From the NCBI GenBank assembly GCA_963666055.2, contig CAXWPH010000015.1:672001-736000 (forward strand): a stretch of DNA of 64,000 bases, in the 5' to 3' direction. The notes under the pieces were generated by a model, which was not told the origin of the DNA, did not search any database, and saw only the letters and a program-made list of their open reading frames with translations. Shown here piece after piece: positions 60,704-64,000 of this stretch (positions are counted from its first letter, which is position 1; every line of letters starts with the position of its first letter). The stretch comes from Acidobacteriota bacterium. Lineage in GTDB: Bacteria; Acidobacteriota; UBA890; WLXD01. The position numbers and the translations under genes were made by a program.

Positions 60704-60968
60704 CTGCCAGGCCGTGGTGAAAGTGTGGTGGGCTTGGCGGCCGGGTCTTGCGAGGCGGAGGCAAGGAGAGAGGAGGAGGCGATGATCGCCCCATCGTTGA
60801 CGACGAACGACGCAGCATACGCGCGCAACCCCCTGTCGCCCGAAGGGTTACGGTGATTTGGGACCATCTGCAGCGTTGGCCTTCCGCGACAATGGCTAGC
60901 AGGCCGCCTTGCATCTGGCCCCAACTCGCCGTAACCAGACCCACCACACTTTCACCACGGCCTGCTAG
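60704..60968. mobile_element. MITE-like element, family A, copy 3
   Basis: Collinear with 8348-8625; right TIR intact, left flank CTGC instead of CTAG; 14-bp internal deletion next to an internal CTAG. Confidence 0.85.
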
Positions 60969-61614
60969 GGTCGTCAGCGGGACTGAACCCTCCGCCGGCA
61001 GGCTCCAAGGTCGCCAGCAGCGTATCGAACTCGATGGCGATCACAGAGCTCTGACGGTTTGCTGCCTTCGCACGACGTACTGTTCCCTGACTGGTAGTGG
61101 GACTGACCCGACCCTTGCTCTCAAGAAAGCGGACGAGACAATGCGACCCGACGGGGACATGCGGCTGATCCACGCGTGCCAACACCCCACTGCGACTCAT
61201 ATTAAGTGTCACGCCACGCAAGGCAGGAGGATGCCGTTCTTCTACCTCAACGCGGATCAGATGGCAGACCTCAAAGCGCGGAAACCGTTCAACAATGAGC
61301 CGTGGTGCGATGTCTAGGTGACCGCAGAGTTCCTCGAACCAGGAGCTTTGGAAGAATTCATTCGGGTGTCCATACCTAATGATTTTCGTCAAGCGCTTTC
61401 GTTGGTGCGAAGAGATCAGCTCCCGATCGTGTATCTCGCGGAAAAAAACACAGTCATCGACAGCCTGCTTGAGAACCGCCGCGAAGAGCCTGCGACAGGC
61501 GTCCGGATCGTACTCCTCTGGCCGGGAGCAACCTTCCCGAGCGACTCCTTGAACCTCAGTCCTAGGCTGCTGCGCTGCAGATGTGGCGATTGCTCTCGAC
61601 ATCGTTTTGTTCAT
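60952..61614 (-). CDS. PilZ-domain protein with unknown helical N-terminal domain
   Basis: ERFPRF...TLNMSRSG...GTVRR...IAIEF; stop codon lies inside the MITE TIR. Confidence 0.7.
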   Translation of the reverse strand: MNKTMSRAIATSAAQQPRTEVQGVAREGCSRPEEYDPDACRRLFAAVLKQAVDDCVFFREIHDRELISSHQRKRLTKIIRYGHPNEFFQSSWFEELCGHLDIAPRLIVERFPRFEVCHLIRVEVEERHPPALRGVTLNMSRSGVLARVDQPHVPVGSHCLVRFLESKGRVSPTTSQGTVRRAKAANRQSSVIAIEFDTLLATLEPAGGGFSPADDPSRPW

Positions 61615-62257
61615 TGGTGGCCACCCGGTCCTTCACTCCATCGCGCTAGCCCAACCAAGGGCTGGCAGCCTGAGAAGTTCGGTGTTCAGCGCAGAGCACG
61701 GGCCGCAAGCACCGAATGCCCCGCCGAGGGCGCGCCGCCGACTGTGCCGGATCCTAGTCGTAACATCAGCGACGCGCCCATCGGGCGTTTCCTGGTCTGG
61801 GTAAGAGGGAGACTCAATCCCGTTGCTGAGACTCAGCATATACGCTATGAAACGTATCGAACGCGTTGGGTCAGTTCAACATAGTTTTCATATGTCAAGA
61901 TAACTTAAGTTGTTCAACATTAATCATTAGTAACTTTCAAAGGACGAATGGGGTCACGAAAGCCGTCTCCTTTCCCTCGGGCAGGCCCAAGGCGGTGCTT
62001 CGGGTGAAGGGCGGCGCGCTTCGTGTCGTCGGAGTAACTCGAGCGGAGGCACATGGGTCTGGAGCCGAAGCCTGACGAGCTGGTCCACACCCAGCAGGGG
62101 CGTTTAGCATCGCCAGTTTCAAGGCCCACCCCCACCCGACGAATGGAATCACCAGCGACTCGTAGCCAGCGGGCCTATTCAATAGCTGATCGGCGAGAGT
62201 ACGGGACGTTGCCGTCGGGACCCACGAGTACACTGTGCACGCATCGCGACAACGGCG

Positions 62258-63646
62258 GTGAGCGAACCCGCGACCCCGCCCGAGAACCGCCAACGGCGAA
62301 GCGAGGACATCATCAGAGCCAGCGCAGCAACACCCGTCCTGTTGGTGGCGATTGCCGCGGTCGCGGCCGGAGAGATTTCGACCAACAGCCACGCTCTGAC
62401 GGCAGCCGTCCGTGAGCCGCGCGAGCACAGGCTGCGTCGCCAGTTGGTCGTCGATCCGTCGGCGCTCGAGGCGCTGATCGCCAATCCCGCCGTCCGCGAC
62501 ATGCTCGCCACCGTGCGCCAGGGTGAGGTGGCGACCATCGAAGACCAGGTCGCCGTGTGTGAGATCCCAGCACCACCGTTCAACGAACAGGAGCGCGCAA
62601 CAGACTACGCTCGTCGCCTGCGCGAGGCCGGTATCCAGGGTGTTCGGACCGATGCGGTCGGCAACGTGATCGGCGAATGGACCGGCTCGGAACCGGGTCC
62701 GCTGGTCGTTCTGTCCGCGCACCTCGACACCGTGTTTCCGCCGGGCACGGACGTCACCGTGAGCCGCGACGGCCACTTGCTGAAGGGACCTGGTATCGTC
62801 GACGACTGTCGCGGGCTGGCGGTGGTGCTGGCGGTCGCAAGAGCATGGGTGGGAAGCGGGCTGAGGCCGCGCGGACGGCTCATATTCGTCGCCACGGTGG
62901 GTGAGGAAGGTGCTGGCAACCTGCGGGGGGTGCGTCACCTTTTCGAGGTCGAGCTACAGGACCAGATCGACGCGTTCATCTCCGTCGACGGCGCCGGCAG
63001 CACCGTCACCCACGGCGCGGTTGGCAGCCATCGCTACAAGGTCACTTACCGCGGGCCGGGTGGGCACAGCTTCGGGGCTTTCGGCATGCCCAACCCGATG
63101 CACGCCCTGGGGCGGGCGATCGCCAAGATCGCCGACTTCCAGGTTCCATCCGCGCCCAAGGTCACGTTCAGCGTCGGGATCCTGGAAGGCGGGACCTCGG
63201 TCAACTCGATCCCGTTCTCGGCCGCGATGTCGGTCGACATGCGCTCCCTCGACGTCGACGCGCTCGAGGAGATCGACGCTCAGTTCCACGCCGCGCTGCA
63301 GCAGGCTCTCGACGAAGAGAACACTCGCTGGGACAGCGACGTCGACCTCACTTACGATATCGAGGTCATCGGCATCCGCCCCGCTGGGCTACAGCCCGAG
63401 AGCGCCCCGATCGTGCGGGCGGCGCTTGCGACGGCGCAAGCAGTTGGCATCGATGCGCAACTCAACACCGCCAGCACCGACTCCAACATCCCGATCAGCC
63501 TGGGACTTCCGGCGGTCACCATCGATGGAGGAGGCCACGGCACCGGAGCCCACGCGCCCTCCGTGGAGACCTTCGATACGACCGACAGCTATAGGGGCTC
63601 GCAATGGGCCCTCTTGCTGACGCTGGCACTTGCCGGTGTCGAGTAG
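62258..63646 (+). CDS. M20/M25/M40 metallohydrolase (peptidase T-like)
   Basis: DAVGNV, SAHLDTVF, GPGIVDD, VGEEG, GGHS, GGTSVNSIP, STDSN, GAH. Start uncertain. Confidence 0.9.
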   Translation: MSEPATPPENRQRRSEDIIRASAATPVLLVAIAAVAAGEISTNSHALTAAVREPREHRLRRQLVVDPSALEALIANPAVRDMLATVRQGEVATIEDQVAVCEIPAPPFNEQERATDYARRLREAGIQGVRTDAVGNVIGEWTGSEPGPLVVLSAHLDTVFPPGTDVTVSRDGHLLKGPGIVDDCRGLAVVLAVARAWVGSGLRPRGRLIFVATVGEEGAGNLRGVRHLFEVELQDQIDAFISVDGAGSTVTHGAVGSHRYKVTYRGPGGHSFGAFGMPNPMHALGRAIAKIADFQVPSAPKVTFSVGILEGGTSVNSIPFSAAMSVDMRSLDVDALEEIDAQFHAALQQALDEENTRWDSDVDLTYDIEVIGIRPAGLQPESAPIVRAALATAQAVGIDAQLNTASTDSNIPISLGLPAVTIDGGGHGTGAHAPSVETFDTTDSYRGSQWALLLTLALAGVE

Positions 63647-63652
63647 AGCGCG

Positions 63653-64000
63653 GTGAAGCCGGCGGACGACAACGGCGCCGTGGCCAGGTGGCGGCTCGCG
63701 GCGGTGCTGGCCGTCGGCGCGGTCATCTGGGCGAGTCCGGCACCGGCGACACTGGACCCCCGAGCATGGCATCTGTTCGCGATCTTTCTTGCCACCATCG
63801 TCGCGGTGTTGATCGACGCGATGCCCATTCTCACTGCGTCGGTGCTGGCGATAGCGATCGCCGTGCTCAGCGGAACGCTGACGCCAACGGAAGCCTACTC
63901 CGGGTTCTCGCAGAGTTTCCTGCTGCTGTTGATCATCGCGTTCCTGGTGGCTCAGGCGGTGGTCAACTCGGGCCTCGGCCAGCGCATCGCCTATGCGATC
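63653..64000 (+). CDS. Partial DASS-family (CitT/TtdT-like) anion transporter
   Basis: Not in ORF track. Manual translation: ...IWASPAPATLDPRAWHLFAIFLATIV...AYSGFS...AFLVAQAVVNSGLGQRIAY; runs off the window. Confidence 0.85.
   Translation, partial: MKPADDNGAVARWRLAAVLAVGAVIWASPAPATLDPRAWHLFAIFLATIVAVLIDAMPILTASVLAIAIAVLSGTLTPTEAYSGFSQSFLLLLIIAFLVAQAVVNSGLGQRIAYAI

Noticed and set aside
61615-61820. c-di-GMP riboswitch upstream of the PilZ gene
   Set aside because: Only a small hairpin; the GGCAAAC…GACGCAAAGC consensus is not present.

Overview
High-GC, gene-dense bacterial window. The gene mix resembles Acidobacteriota (inference only). There are about 47 CDS/pseudogenes, many for exported or Tat-dependent hydrolases and oxidoreductases: amidohydrolases, M14/M20 peptidases, CocE/NonD, an HDAC-family deacetylase, an SpdH-like FAD enzyme, a sulfite-oxidase-family enzyme, a DMFase-like protein and two LVIVD propellers. 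Also present are transporters (ActP-type, GltS, K+ channel, DASS), a two-component pair, an ECF sigma/anti-sigma locus, a Tat xanthine-dehydrogenase-family operon with a cytochrome b, and a corrinoid methyl-transfer cluster (non-Pyl MttB, corrinoid protein, methyl-THF methyltransferase, RACo) next to a PGM1-like ATP-grasp ligase. No rRNA, tRNA, CRISPR array or transposase was seen. Most notable: (1) three families of CTAG-flanked MITE-like elements with different ends share one structured core, CAAGG-N11/12-GGCGATG-N7-CATCGT-N12-ACGCNG, with covarying stems; they nest in each other and sit on gene stop codons; (2) a DUF3179 selenoprotein (in-frame UGA in UxxC plus a clean SECIS hairpin) is split in the ORF track; (3) all three partner enzymes of the acidic corrinoid protein carry poly-Arg C-terminal tails; (4) several gene lesions occur (amber in gltS, kinase frameshift, collapsed DUF1638 gene, internal deletion in a VPS10 protein). 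Family assignments come from motif recognition, not database searches.
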